From Kudoa neothunni (Eukaryota; Animalia; Cnidaria): a stretch of 64,000 nt of DNA. The stretch covers positions 10,423,817 through 10,487,816 of the forward strand of contig OZ199838.1 in NCBI GenBank assembly GCA_964304625.1, written 5' to 3'. Shown piece by piece: positions 14,636 to 29,100 of this stretch. A program made the position numbers and the translations under genes. Position 1 is the first letter of the stretch. Every line of letters starts with the position of its first letter. The notes below the pieces were generated by a model that did not search any database, was not told the DNA's origin, and saw only the letters and a program-made list of their open reading frames with translations.

Positions 14636-17457
14636 ATATATTACAGTGAATCTATTTTCCCATCTATCTTCCCATGAATTTTACAGAGTTGGTACAATCC
14701 CTTAAGGACTGCCATAAATGTTCCATCTACTACTTAAATGTCCTAGAATTTCAGAAGAACCAATTTTGGGTCTGTAGTTAAGTCGAATACTCCATTCATT
14801 GATGGCGAAGCAGAATCACATAAACAAAGTGGTTTTTCACTGAATGTTTTTATACTTTAATTCACGAATTTTTTTTTCAAAGTTCACTTGAATGTTTCTC
14901 TTCTTATTGCATTATGGATATTTCTAGAAATGGTTTTTTTGATTTAGAGCCTTCACCTCGATTTTACCTCATACAGTACACCCTTTATAAACAATACCCG
15001 TCGAACATAGAATATCTCCTGTCTAGTTTTTAACTTTACCTTTCAAGATTTCAATCTTTTTTCTCTTAATCAATGACAAAGGGGTTATAAAACCCGTGTT
15101 CTGTAATTTTTCCATTTCCATTAATTCGAAGTATACATAAGCGTCCCTTAAAACTTCTTAAATTGCATCTCAACTACTGAATGACGCAATTAAGTCGAGT
15201 TTATCCATAGAAATGCAAAAAATAAAATATTCCTTCTTCCATATTGAGTTTAAATGGTAATGTAAGATTCCCCTGTTTATTCTATAATTCGCGCCATATG
15301 CTCTCGCGCGTGTAGTTTTAATAAGTGCTAAGTTTTTATCTTGTCAGTTATATTATAAAATTGAATCCCATAAATTTAGACAAAAAATAATAATTTTTCT
15401 TAAAATTAAAATGTTCGATTATTTTATTCTTGGTAAAGTTTCTTGAAATAACTTCAAGTATTACGCTCTCCGACAACGTTTGTATAATCGATCAATTTTT
15501 ATTATGAACATTGTACAATCATTTTAACTGTCTAAAATAAATTAAAGACATGATATATAATAATCAATGCTTTTTGATACATTTCAGCAATCTGAGTTTC
15601 GTTTTGTAAGATAACATTAAGGGTGGTCTGGGGAAAGTTTGAAGTGCCTTATAATAGCAAATTTCCCAGTTCCTGGGGGATATTGTAGAAAGATTTGATT
15701 ATATTACATTTTTCTTAAGCGTCCCGTAATTTTATTTTATCTTGTTTTCCGTTAAACTCAATACATCTATTTCTTAAATAAAATGTGCCAAGAAAAATAT
15801 ATAAAATCGGTCAATCTCGTGAGGAACATTATGGGAAATTTTGCATCTTATTATACTAGTTGATTCGAAATTTTGTAATCAATGTATTATAATAATATTA
15901 TATATCTATTCGTTAATCAATTATTCAAATTTTAAAGCTTTTAAAGGTGCAATAACAATGAGATCATGTGATTTTGGCATTGGCTATTTCCTTACCTTAC
16001 TTTTATTCTGGCCGCGTATAGATCCACTAAATTTCCCAAAATTTAGATAGAACTACTGTTCAATTTATATTCATTATGTATATAATGTTTTTAAAAACTG
16101 CATAGGCTGATTACTTACTGTTAGGGCTTCCAGATGGTTCTAGTTTAACATACAATACACTGAAAGCTTCTATAACAACCTATCATCGGCCTAGATGTTT
16201 ATAGAACATTCTGGATCCTAAATTCTATATATAAACAGCTTTATAGATATACATATAGTGATATTAATAACAATGGTGTCTTGTCTTAACACTTACTGTA
16301 ACCGGTTTCTGGATAATAAACGAGAGCGGCATAAAAATCCTCTGAACATCATGAAACCGATAAAAACCACTAAGTACGCTAGTAGAACTTTATATGCGGA
16401 AAATACAACTCTACTCTAATACTTTTTCCGATGAATTTATCTGAAGTTTTACTACGATTGTATTCTATCATTTATGGACTCATATCACAAAATGGAGAAA
16501 TACTCAGGTTTTGATTCTACCTACCCGTCTAAATATAAACAGAACGTATCACTAGAAACAAAACTTTTATTTTTTAATAGTTTCACCATTACAGTCATGT
16601 GTAACGCATGTTTAACACAAAATAAAAACTATTTACTCTAGCATAGCCGCTAAACGCCAATTAAATGAGAAATTCTTATGATTTTAGAATTTCTTAATTT
16701 ATGGTTTGATAAATTTATTGCTAGCTAAAATAATAACGCACCCCGGCACACGTATTAAGATATTAAACTAATCACATTCGAACTTGCGTGAAGAGTACCG
16801 AAAATAGTATTCGGGATACTTTTTGATAAAAGAACATCTATACTTATTATTCAGTAATGGTAACCATAATCTAATTCATGATGAATCATATCTAAAGTCG
16901 GAGGAACACTACTCCAACTCTAAAGGACCCCTTTTTATTCTTGTAGGCTCATAAATAGGATAGATCATGCGCTTTATACTTCAAAATTATTTTTTAATTA
17001 AGGAGGTAAATATAGATCTGTTTTATTGTATCTTATATTGACTATTTTCCTGGATTGTAATCTTTCGTAAATATCGTGAGTCATCAATTGTACCTTTGAT
17101 ACGTAAACATTGAGTTGCGTGGTTAAACTGTAACAGTAGAAAGTATATAGCCCCTACTGTCCGATATGCCCTATTATTAGTCATAAATTTATGCATTTGA
17201 GAAGTATCAACCAAAATAATACATATTGTTCTTGACAAAAATCGGTCCTGATTTTAGTTATTGGAGTACGCCATTAGAAACATTTATCGAATTAGTCGAA
17301 ACCAATTGCAAATAGGGGATGTGTTTGTGTCTTAATTCAATCGAACATATGCAACTTCGGGGAGAACTTTCGTGCAGTAAAATATACACAATCAGAAAAT
17401 AGCCCACATCTATTCAAAGAGGATTATCTTTTTGATTAGATTGCTAAGTTGCTGGTT

Positions 17458-18424
17458 ATGAATCAAAATCTCCAGTCAAATATTTCAGACATTGTCAACA
17501 TAGATGTTTTGAAATTAGTTGCAGACTTGATGAATCCTAATCAGGGATTCCATGTTATTGACAACTTTTGTCCTCCTGTTGTAGCTTATTCGGCCTCCAA
17601 TGAAGCCCAACTCAAATATACCCATGGTCAGATGGATGGTGGACGAATAGCTAAAGTTGACACCGAAAATAACAACACAGTTAAAAGCGCGGTGGTGTCC
17701 AGTCAGGTGCGTGACGATTTGATTACGTGGATTCAAAGCGACATTGCTAACCACCCGTTCTTGAGCTACGTAATGGAATCAATTGATCTAATCGTTACAA
17801 ACATCAGCAATAGTGAACAAAATTTTTTGTAAATATAAATTATTTTGTGTGTAAAAACAATAATTTAAATAATAGAAATGGGATTAAGCCGATTAATACA
17901 ATACCAAATGTGATAAAAGGACGTTCAAGAGTAACCTCGATTCGGATCCATTGGTGTTGTCTACTTAATGTATGTGACTCGGCCTTCTAGGGAATGCTCA
18001 CCTGTTATCCTCATGGAAGCAATGGGTATCTCTATCACGTTGATAATCCGATAGAAGATGGTCGTTTGCTAACTGCTATATTCTATTTGAACAAGGAATG
18101 GAAATCAGGGGTATCTTGAATTAGTTATATTTTGTTAGTTTTGATATTTCGGTTGCGTTAGGATGGAGGTGAATTGATTATTTACCCTGGGAATAGTAAT
18201 ACTCGGCGTAAAGTGGTGGTTGAGCCTTTTTTGAATCGATTGATTGTATTCTGGTCCGATAATAGAACGCCTCATGAAGTTGCACCTTCGATTAAAGACA
18301 GGTTTGTTGAAAATGCGCATAATATAGTAATTTTTTATATAGATTTGCTTTAACTTTCTGGTATTTTGATGCTTTTGAACGAAATGCATACACTGCCAAG
18401 TGCGAAAGCCTGAAAAATTCGTAA
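17458..18424 (+). CDS. EGLN: EGLN/PHD (egl-9) HIF prolyl 4-hydroxylase (5 exons; start uncertain)
   Basis: The spliced product contains VRDDLITWI, GRSRGMLTCYP, YLYHVDNP (HxD), DGRLLTAIFYLN, DGGEL, NRLIVFWSDNRTPHEV and RFALTFWYFD, which is the full PHD catalytic domain. Confidence 0.93.
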
Positions 18425-18710
18425 AATCATCTCAAATATCTGCACAATTTATTTTTTGTTGTAATATTAAAAAATTCTTGTTTATATGATTTATTGTTGT
18501 GTTAAATTGGACTACTGGCAAATGAGTGTCACATTAGGTTTTTATTCATGTTATGTTTGGTATGAAATTTTGTAATTAGCATAAATATTATTCATTCTAA
18601 TCACCTATTATAAACTAAACGCTTATTATGTATGAATCTATTAAATCAGATCACTGTATGGTTTCCGTTGTTGTCATTAGTTATATCAACCGAAATAATA
18701 TAGATAAGCA

Positions 18711-20838
18711 TTAAAACAACAAAATTTATGAATAAATATAGTTTTTTTCATATGTTCGGCTAAAACATCTTCAGTAGAGGTGTTAAATGTTTCCACAACA
18801 AAGAACCACCCATATAGAATCATCAGAAAGTTGAAACCAGCAAATAACAATAGGATACGGATCCCAACGCTATTGAAGGGCTAAAAAGGAAGTTAGCATG
18901 TTGAAATTTTATTCGAGGTACATACAATAGAAAATGTGATAGTAATACAGATCCAATTGACCCATGAAAAGACACTCTGAACAGCTAACGTTGCTTTCTC
19001 TGGAAACGTTTCTACACTTAATATCCAAGGCAGTGGTCCTAATATAAGGATTAGCGGGTATAAATATTATTTATTTATACCTGCACCAAGTTGGAAAGAG
19101 AGAATAAAAATAATAAATGCAGAAAGAATAATTTTATAATTATTCTAGAATTAGTTAATACTGTTTTTTTCTAGCGTGGTTGTCTTACCTCAAAATATTG
19201 ACTGACGACCACAATAATTAAAAGGCAAACTCCCATCACCCAATGACATACCAACAATAAGGGTTTTCTTTTAATGAACGCAAATATATTGGACTACATT
19301 ACAACTTTATGTCAATTAGATATAGTTTAATCGTTACAGAAATTTTGTTATTTTAGTTGTTTCTAATTACAAGTAGTTCGTTTTAAGTAGAACAATAAAA
19401 AACTACTCATTGGTATGAGGTTATTTAGCTTTCTTTAATAGAATGGAAATTTATATTTGTTAATAAATTAAATCATTTCAAATTAAGTTTGTTTAAGATG
19501 GTCCAATATAAATAGATAGATATGATTACAGCTATTATCGTTCCTATTAGTGAGCATACAGTCAAATAAAACAACATTAGGTCTGGTTGTTCGAAATTTG
19601 CCTGAGAAAGGAGTGTCTGACCAAACGTCACAACGCTTGGTGCTCCAGAAAATTGTTGGCACGTCTTGATTATTATCGTCGTAATAATAGCACATCGATA
19701 TCTTTTATTTTTAAACAATTGCATGATACCAACTTTTTCTGGCGTCGACGATCGTTCATCAAAGTTGTCGACAGACAAAGCGCGGTAATAGATACCAGCC
19801 ATTTCGGTTCCATATTCTCTTTCAAGTTCTATAAAGTAATGATCACAATGCACGTATTCATTATGAACTAGAGAATGTTGGATTCAATGTTGAAGTTTTC
19901 CTCTTATCGAAGTACATGTAGAAAGGACTTTCTGGTAGCCAGTAAACAACTCCGAATAATACCACACAACAATTAACCACAATCAGATAAGAATACTGAA
20001 ATTCTGTGTATAGTATTCGCTTTGTTAGAATTAATGATATGAAAGATATTCCCAAATTAATGAAACTTGGGTTTAATAGTTTTAAAATTCTAAGGTGGTT
20101 TGAAGGAACCAGTTCTCTCAGCAAAACCGCATTAACCACCAGTATTCCGGCTAAAAAATAGATTACCCTTATTTTCGTTGGGGCGTTTACTAAGTTAGAT
20201 TACATGAAGAAATTCCGTCAAATAATCGGCCCATCATCAGCACGATAAAATGTGTATAATAAGCAATAAACTTGACAGTAGCCCCAACAACCGTTGTAAC
20301 TATGAAAATATAAGCAGCGGGTTTTCGACCACATCGGTCCATTAGCTTATTTGAGAGGAGAGTTCCAATTAAACCACCTATTGGATAGGTAATAGATAGA
20401 ATGGATAGTTTTGCAGGGAACTCAGAAAAGTCAACTTTTTTACCACCACCCTTCTGCATATAACTCATACGGATCATGAAATGTTCTTTTATAGCCTAAA
20501 ATATGACGAAATTTATTCAATATATACAACCTTCCGTAAAAATCTGATCGATATCAATTATATCATTTGTTAAATTCCTGACCTAACTCTATTATAAATT
20601 GTAGGCTACCTTCTCATTAGCCAAGGAGTTCAGCTGAAGACCCACAATGAATGGTCCAAGAAACAAAAAGTAAACAAACCAAGAATTAATTGGAGAAGGA
20701 TATTTAATAGATTTCTCGCTTTCAATGATGCAATTGGAATCAGCCAGCAAATCTAAATAATTTTTAATAATATACATTTACCTATGACGAACGTTCCAAA
20801 TTAGTATTGTGACAAAAATTTTCTGGGTTTTTGTCCAT
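18711..20838 (-). CDS. SLC2A/GLUT-family facilitated sugar transporter (about 10 exons)
   Basis: Sugar-porter motifs DRCGRK, MGR, LPESP, QQFSG, LGAGPLPW..ETFP and NW, with many TM segments. A stop-free splice path exists. Confidence 0.88.
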
Positions 20839-21674
20839 TTTCGATTTTATAGGTGGTCTATTGAGATTTGATCACACGCTTATCTCATTTAAGCGTTATT
20901 AGAGTATTAATTCAACGGGTACAATGTATTATTTTTAACCTATTGATAAATATTCATTGAAGAAAGTAAAAACCTCTTCCTCTTTGTCGTTTGAAGGGTA
21001 AAATACAAACATTGTAATACGTCAAGTCAATGAAAAATAATTAAACTTATCACGTAGGTAATAAGTAAACTATGGAATTTATATATAGGAATATAAACAA
21101 ATACAATATTTAACCTATTTATATTATAAACTAACACACGCTTTCCTAATATCAGATCTAATTTTTTTTTCTTTTTATTAAGCATGCATACTATGATATG
21201 TTACTATTGCATAATAATGCAACAAGTGTTAAATAGTTAGGATTCCTACATCAATTAGAATCGTCTAAAATATACATAGTATATTGCCTGGTAGTTTGTT
21301 TTTGTTATTTTAAACCTGAAATTAAATATAAGAATCCATCGAGAAACGGAAAAATACCAACACTTCTATATATTCTTGGTTTACTGAAAATATAACGATT
21401 AATTACAAAAATTTTTTGGAAACAACAAAATATTTAAAATAATCATATTTTTTTATTTCGGAGTTTCCAAATAAAATATTAAAAATCCTATTGATTACCG
21501 TTATAAATTGTTTTTCCGCATAATTTTTATATATTCTAAATTATTTTAGGTTGTATGAAATATTTTCCAAATTCCTGGAACGTTATAATCTCCAATTATA
21601 TTAATTTTTTAAATAATAACACAAATACAAAAGAATTAAGTTAATTCTTTTATAAATAAACTTAAGGTGTGGAT

Positions 21675-24279
21675 CAGCGTTGCAAACAGTGTCCGATTTT
21701 TATTCTTGTCCTTCGAAAGACTGAATAATCGCAAGGCATTGTTTCAAAGATAAGCAGTTATTGCAAATTCGCAACAAATGGAATTCAATCGTTGTTGATT
21801 TCAATATGAGACATCTTCGAGCAGATAATTTTATACATAGAACAGTGCTTTATTTCAAATTAAAATATCTGAAATAGAAGTTCACCAAAAGCAAGTTACA
21901 ATTATACATTTTAATAATTCGTAAAGCCTACGTAATACAAAAATTGAGGATAAAAATTTTATGCCAAAAATTTACGAAAATAAACATATTTTTAAATGTT
22001 ATGCTCCTATTAAGACCAACATTTTGGATTTGTTGTAATTATTAGCGATAAGTCAGTTTTATCATGATCATGAACCATTTTGGAATTATCACGAAGCGTT
22101 TTTGGCGTTGGGATTCTGAATGCTTGAATTTAAAAAAAAGATTCTGATGTTGGTGATATCCAATGCTAAGTTATCATTACGAATGTTTTTTTATCAATTT
22201 TCAAAAAATTCTAATTTCAGTGAATGCCTAAATAAATTAAAATTTAACTAAATATTATCCACCTAACTAATTTTTCTTAATTTGAATGAATGGCCGCACA
22301 TAAAAATGAAACCTCATATTGGTATAGTTGTGTTATTAAAAAATCGAACGAAAGACTGTAATACAATAGTTTGAAATTAATGGAATTGAAGGGGCTCGGA
22401 AACAAACTTTGATCAATTAAATTATAGGGCTTTCCGAGCTTTAACAACACTGTGTCAAGCATTAGCAACATTGTGTCAAGCTTTAACAACACGGTTTAAG
22501 GGTTTGCTGCATTAACTAATAAAAGAAATAATTTGAACTTTTTTAACAAGTCGAGATTAAAAACAAAATTTTTATACACAACGATAAACGTGATTCAGCC
22601 TAAATGAAATAAACTTTACTACGTTAATACAGCACTAGATGTAACTCAAGATTAATTACAAATTCCACAGTTTTGATGCGCGCGTAAAATAATAATGTCA
22701 AATCAGGAGGATATAATATATAATCTTCTTAAAGATGATAAAATTTATATTTATTCCATAATAATTTCTCTGTTGAGATATCTGGAAAAATATCGAAGCA
22801 TCTTTCGATAGTATCCGGAACAATCATCAGGGATGATAATTTTGAACCCATCATCTATCAGGTTTAAAAGATCAGGTTCATCCCTTGCTAAGCCCCGTAT
22901 AACATGGTTCTTCCATTTACTGAACACATTTTCGATCGGGTTCAAAAATGGCGAATATGGAGGCAGGTACATCAATATCATTTGCATAGAGTTCAGCATA
23001 TCTGTAAGTCCACGATAATGATGAATTCTCGCGTTGTCCAATATGAAGCATGGATTATCTATTTCGATCGAGTGACAAAAATCTACTAGCTCAATAAGGT
23101 ATTCCTTAAAATCTTCTCCATTCATTGGTCGCCGATTAACTTTATAAAATACCATACCGTATTTACTCATAGAGGCTATAACGGATATGTTCCTTGTTCT
23201 AACGCCGCTAACAGGAACGTAAGCTGATGTACCAGCAAGGGAACGACCTTTTCTAGTTCGTGTAGATACACTAAACCCAACTTCATCGATAAAAATGAAA
23301 TTTTTATCTTCAATCTCAAGAATTTTTGAGTTGAACTTTTGAGCATACACAAGGCGCTGTTCTAAAGTATTCTCACAATTCCTTCACTCGGGGACAATTG
23401 TAACTATTTTTAACGAATAGTGGAATTGTTTCAAGCATCTGTTAATAGTGCTCGCACTTACGCTTACTCCACATTCGTCAATTAATTTCAGGAGAAGGGT
23501 TTTGAGAGTAATTGTTGCGTCTTCGTCCACCCAATTTCTAATCAACAACTTTTGTTCATTAGTTAGCTTTGTGGAATAATCACCACCCCGCTTTAAAGAT
23601 TTGACCTTTACGTCAATTAGGTAGACTTTTACAATTGAAGCAACGGTGCATCGATGTACACCGATGTTTTCTGCAATTATTGAATTGCTATATTTTTTTC
23701 ACACCGGTTAATAATCATTGACCTTGTGACATTTGAGATTGTCTGTCTCGTTTTTTTGGGGGCTGTAATTTGAGAATCGTTACTGGTATCTTTTTTATTT
23801 CATAAATATTATACCAATCAACTATTTTATACATTATTACCACTCATTTGATATTTTCTGAATTATAAATTTGAATTCTCTACCAAATTAGATTCCAAAT
23901 TTAGACACGTGTTTTTAAAGATCGTAAAACCCTATATCAACAGTCGCCTTTTTGAGCATTTTTTATCGGCATTTAATTGCAATCACATTGGAAAATATAA
24001 CACATCTTTACTTCATCTAGCTCTCTGATTAACGCTTCATCGGAAAGAGCATTTTCTCTTCTGGAATTATCGAAGATATCAGCGGAAATGGAATGTTGTG
24101 CTCTGCATTAGGTGATCTTGTTCGAATGATGACATTTTTCAACGCTTCGTCCAAATGATGTCATCAATTTGAAGTTTCTGATTTAATTGTAAATTAACGT
24201 AATATTTATACATAAAATTAACCATTAATTCTGTTTTAACAAAAAATTCTGATTTGTCCGATTCGGGTTGGCAGCGTTG
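21675..24279 (+). mobile_element. Degenerate hAT element (host of the nested Tc1)
   Basis: Imperfect TIRs CAGCGTTGCAAAC / GTTGGCAGCGTTG; 8-bp flanks GTGTGGAT / GTATAGTT (5/8 match). Remnant hAT dimerisation motif ASSERAFS at about 24035-24058. Confidence 0.55.
22425..23934 (-). mobile_element. Tc1/IS630-type DD34E transposon with disrupted transposase
   Basis: TIRs of about 30 bp (TAGGGYTTT...AACAC) flanked by TA. ORF 22751-23350 has FIDEVGF, LDNARIHH and LPPYSPFLNPIE, with 34 residues between D and E. In-frame TGA at 23384-23386. A 21-bp subterminal tandem repeat lies at about 22438-22491. Confidence 0.9.
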
Positions 24280-26107
24280 GTATAGTTGTTTAAATAATTC
24301 TTCATTGGAGAATTGTAACTTCCTTACATACTTAAAATTGACTTACCTCAGATGGATTTCAAGATGACAAAAAACCCTGATTTTATTATTTCATACGCGA
24401 GAAAAAATATAATTTTTTGAAATTAAACAAGAAAAAATAAATCTAACATAGGAACCAGCAGAAAATAAGTAAATTAACGTTATAATCAGGGATCATAGTT
24501 TTCGATTAAAATCGATTTTATTCGTCGAATTTTCAAAAAAGTTTCGACGCTTATTTTCCGGGAATATTCGAAATCTCCCGAATAACTTGAAAGGGTATTA
24601 ACTGGAGAGAAATTAGTGGTTTCCTTGTTGAACGGATCAACACAAAGAAGACAGAAGATGAATTAGCCTGTAAATATTGCAAAGTGAAATTACGTCAATA
24701 GCGACATAGAATTTACAATAAAATAAAATCAACGAAAAAATTTCGTTATAAAGTGTTTCAAGACACTTCTTTTCCAATTATTTGTTTATAGACGGAAAAA
24801 ATGGCGAGGTTAAAAAAATGGTTTTTTATTATACTCAACGATTTTACTTTGTCGATATTTTATAATAAATTTTTGTTGTGGGATCTTGTTGCAAATTTTT
24901 TAATTTAAATGGTATATGCTGTGCGCGTGCGCACAGGTATAAAACAAAATATCCGTCGATACCTAGTTGTAATTCACCAAAATTAATTGGGATTTATTCT
25001 TAAATAGATAAAAATTAATTGAACAATTTGAACTATTTTGGAGAAAATATTCAAAATAGAGCCCTTTGGTCTCAATTTTTTCCGTTGTTCACCTTACATT
25101 TAAATGAACTTTTGGCACTTTTTAGGTTAGCCCGTTATGGATCATATCTTCATAATCGTGGTTTTGTTCGAAATTTTCTACATTTATTTTTGATAATTTT
25201 TAACGCATAAAAATAGGGTTTTATTGCAATAAATATAATTAAGGCTGAGAAATTTCAATAATTAATAAATGCCGAAAATAGGACAATGATTCGTAACGGA
25301 TTAGCTCATTTATGTTATCGCTCGCAGGTAAGTTAAATTATTTAAGTTTAGAAGTATTTAACAAGAAAAATAAATTTTAATGGATTAAAACTAATAATAC
25401 ACCAAAAATAAAAGAAACGTAACAATAAAAAATAAAAATGTTTATTGATGAATAATTACAATTTTAAAGTTCATCCAAAAATAGATAATCAATTTTTTAA
25501 ATTGATGCCAAATGATACACAAATCAATAAAACTATAGTTTCGATATTTTCATTCTTAAATCGATTATGATCGATTCGATTTAATTCAAGAGATTCCTTT
25601 AACTTATAATATTAAGGTGAAGAAAATTAAATACCACGTAGGAATCTTTAAAATTCGATCCAGTAAACGTGTCAATCTGTTTAATAGTTATAATATTAAA
25701 ATTATTCTTAGTGGAGAATTACTTTTGAACTAATTAGAATCCCCAGTATAAGTTTTTACTTCTAAGATGATATTGTAGTAAACCTAATACTTGTTGATCT
25801 AAATGATTTTTAATTCTAACTTTTAATAATTATTAACACAAATTCAGGCTTTATTCGTAATTTTATTGAACTGACAGAAATTTATTCAATAAAAACAATC
25901 CTTGCGCCTTTCGACTCCAATGATTTCGAATGTAAAAATTGTGTAAAATGTATAGAATACCTATACATTTCCATTCTGAGAATAAGCATAGAAACGTACT
26001 AAATCTAATAATTTAAAGAAATCTCATGAAAATTAAATCTATAACAGTTGTTTTCTGAAAGAATATTTTCATATTAATTCAACTTTTGTAGGATGGATCT
26101 TTAGTTC

Positions 26108-29100
26108 TCATAGATCATAAGTAGTGTCTTTGGAATTTCTTCTGCGAACAATCAGTCCTATCACCACAAATAATGAAGTCACGACGGGTATCATTGCATA
26201 TAATCTAAAAGGGGTTATAAAACGTCATATTACTTGCTTAAGTACATGTAAGTGCCAAATGATCTTAAAAATTTGAATGTTATAACAAAAATTACGAATG
26301 ACTATTCTTTGCTGCATCAAATTTGTCTATTTTCTTATTATCTAAACATTTTTTATTTATATATTATGTTTTTGATAAAAATTATACTAAATAAAGTGTT
26401 ATAACAATTTTATATATATTATTTACCTTTCTTCAATAACTTTTATTTTTTGTGTTATATCATCAGCTTCAATATTGCTATACTCGCTCCTAACATTCTC
26501 CCCTTCTATAAATATATTACTTAGCTAAGTTTTTGGATGTAATATACTAATATATTATTATAATAATACAATTTAATTAAAACTCTAATACCCAGTCGTT
26601 TGAACCATTGTTGAGTCTTTATTATAAATATTACTCGATTATACAAATTATAATACTGCCAAATAATGTATTTACAGGGAATAATATGCTCTTTATAGAG
26701 AGAATAATCCTTCGCTTTCAGCTTCAATATGTAATCTTTTTCTCTTGACAACTTATCGATATTGATACTACAGTTATTAGCGGAGCATTCTTCGTCATCA
26801 TTACACCATGTAACAGTTTGTCCCACCTGATTATCTATTTTTTTCTGCAAGAAGAACGGACATTTTGGTCTACCACATTTTCCAATCCAAGTCACTTCAA
26901 CTTTCAAACCACAATCTCCATTTAATATATGCGTAATAGTAACATAGGTATTTGCTAAAAGTTTTATTAACAATACGATTTTCTATTTCAAATACTCGTT
27001 TTAACCGGATATTTTCTCTCTTTTCTACCATCAGATGGTTCAACTATCATTTCGTAAGTTTCTCCCAATATTAAATTTATAATTTTGAACTTATTGTCAC
27101 ATTTATGTTCGCATGCTCCAATTTCATCACAAGTAGCCATATATTTTGGATAAGAGAGGCCACTCTTTTTAAGGTAAATTCTGCAGATTGGCAATGAATT
27201 ATCAAGTAAAAATGGTGTTACGGTAGCGTTGCTACCTTCTATGCCGGGATCTAAATTATTTTCATTCATTGTCGTTCCTCCAGCTAAACATAATTTCAAA
27301 ATATGTTGATACAATTTACAAATACTTGTTCGGAAGGTCATTTTCTTTGTATAATCATCAATTCCAAGGTTGTTTATCGACACAGAAACAATGTAATTTG
27401 TTCCAGCGTCTAAGTTAGTAATAGAGTATGACTCTCTACAGTCAGTATCACATTCATCACTGCCATTGCATTGAGTTTTTCTTTCATTAGACAAAGTATT
27501 TGCTCTATATACTGTAATCGTACAAGTAATATTTCCATCTCTCTCCATAATTTTTTTGTAAACGTCAAGTCCATAAACTGTGACCCCTGCATTCGTAATA
27601 TCTTTTAAATCGATACCATTATCACCTCCTATAAAGCATTATTTATAAAGTAGAATTAAATTTTACTTTTAAAGTATTGTTTGAATCCAACAGCATCAAA
27701 TCTTCTTTTTACTATAACACCAATTTTGTCATGTACTTCTGTCAAATTGACAATGCTATCTTAAAAAAGTTGGAAGCATTGTTTTTCTGCATCTTTAAAT
27801 CCATTCAGAATTTTATGTTGATTGACACCAGCATTATTGACTTCAAATACCTTGATATGACAAATCTCATCGTTATATGGGCCAGGAGAAAATTTTATGT
27901 GCATTTTTTTCTCACTATTATCTCTTGAAACAGAATAAATGATCTGTGATCTTAGGGGCGACTTGTCATACAAATAACTATTATTTAAAAAGTAGAATAA
28001 TCCAGGCCACAACAATGTTGAATTAATCTTGTAATAGTCCATGGATCGATCAATTGAAAGTGTAGAAGATTTGCTTTCTATATTGTCGGAATAAGTTGCA
28101 ATTGCTAAATCCTTTATAAACGTATCACTATGTGTGTCATTTGTTCTGTCATACTCAACCTTCCAATCTGAAACTGATGTTGTTTTGTAGGAAAATCTAA
28201 TTTTACCATCATCATGGGATATCGAATAAGTATTTTTTGATTTAAATCTACAAAACTGATTATTTTAGTTGAACAAATTTTGTATTGAAGATTATTGTTA
28301 GTTTGATTATTTCCAAAGTATATATTAATCAAGTAAATCAAAGGGTAATATAATATATTTTAATTACTCATTATTATTGGAAAAACTTGAACTTTTTTGC
28401 ACCCTTTTGCTTCCGCTTCATTTTTCCCATAACAAACTGATCAATATCGATCTATTTTTGAATTTACGTGTCCAATTTCAAATTCATTTTAGTCACAATC
28501 CATTAAGCAATCATTTTCACTCAATTGCTTGCAACTTGATGGATTTTTGAATTCAAGAGGTGTTGTAAAACTCGATATTTTTATGACACATTTATAACTC
28601 CCGGGAAATTCTGACAATGTGACAGAAAACCTCTCGACTACGTTAGCATCACAACGAACAAGCTTTTGTTCAATTTTTCCATTTCGAGAAAAAGCTATAA
28701 AAGTGTGATAAATAAGAAAGAATGAATACTTTACCTGGTATTGATAATTTGGCAGGTTTCAATTTAAGGGATACATATATTAACAATCTGTAGTTATATT
28801 TATTATCATATATTTTATTATCAAACTGAATTTCATTGCATTTTTTAGTATTTTGGGTGTCAGCACAACCGATGCAGGACTTTACGAATTTTGTTGTTGA
28901 AGCTATAAAAGTGTTTTATGAAAATAACACTATATCATTACTTTGACCTGTTTCGTGTTTATATAACTGATAATGGCAGTTTGTAGTATCTTCATCCTCA
29001 AAAGATGATTTAGATTGTATTATGAGATTATTCTTCTTAGAATCATTTGAAATTTTGAATTGAATTGTTTCACCGTCTATTAATTATTATTTAGTTTAAA

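Noticed and set aside
11880-17240. Degenerate LTR retrotransposon around the MULE (gag or protease-like fragments; TG...CA segment 16119-16272 followed by TGGTGTC)
   Set aside because: No YxDD, integrase motif or second LTR was found; the similarity is too weak to call by eye.
20531-20582. Extra micro-exon in the GLUT gene
   Set aside because: Including it shifts the frame into a stop, whereas a single intron of about 114 nt keeps the frame.
22438-22491. Short direct repeats resembling a CRISPR array
   Set aside because: These are 21-bp tandem units without spacers inside a Tc1 end, in eukaryotic DNA.
24487-25580. Possible hAT remnant with BED-finger-like CKYC and TCGAT repeats
   Set aside because: No matching TIR pair or TSD could be fixed.
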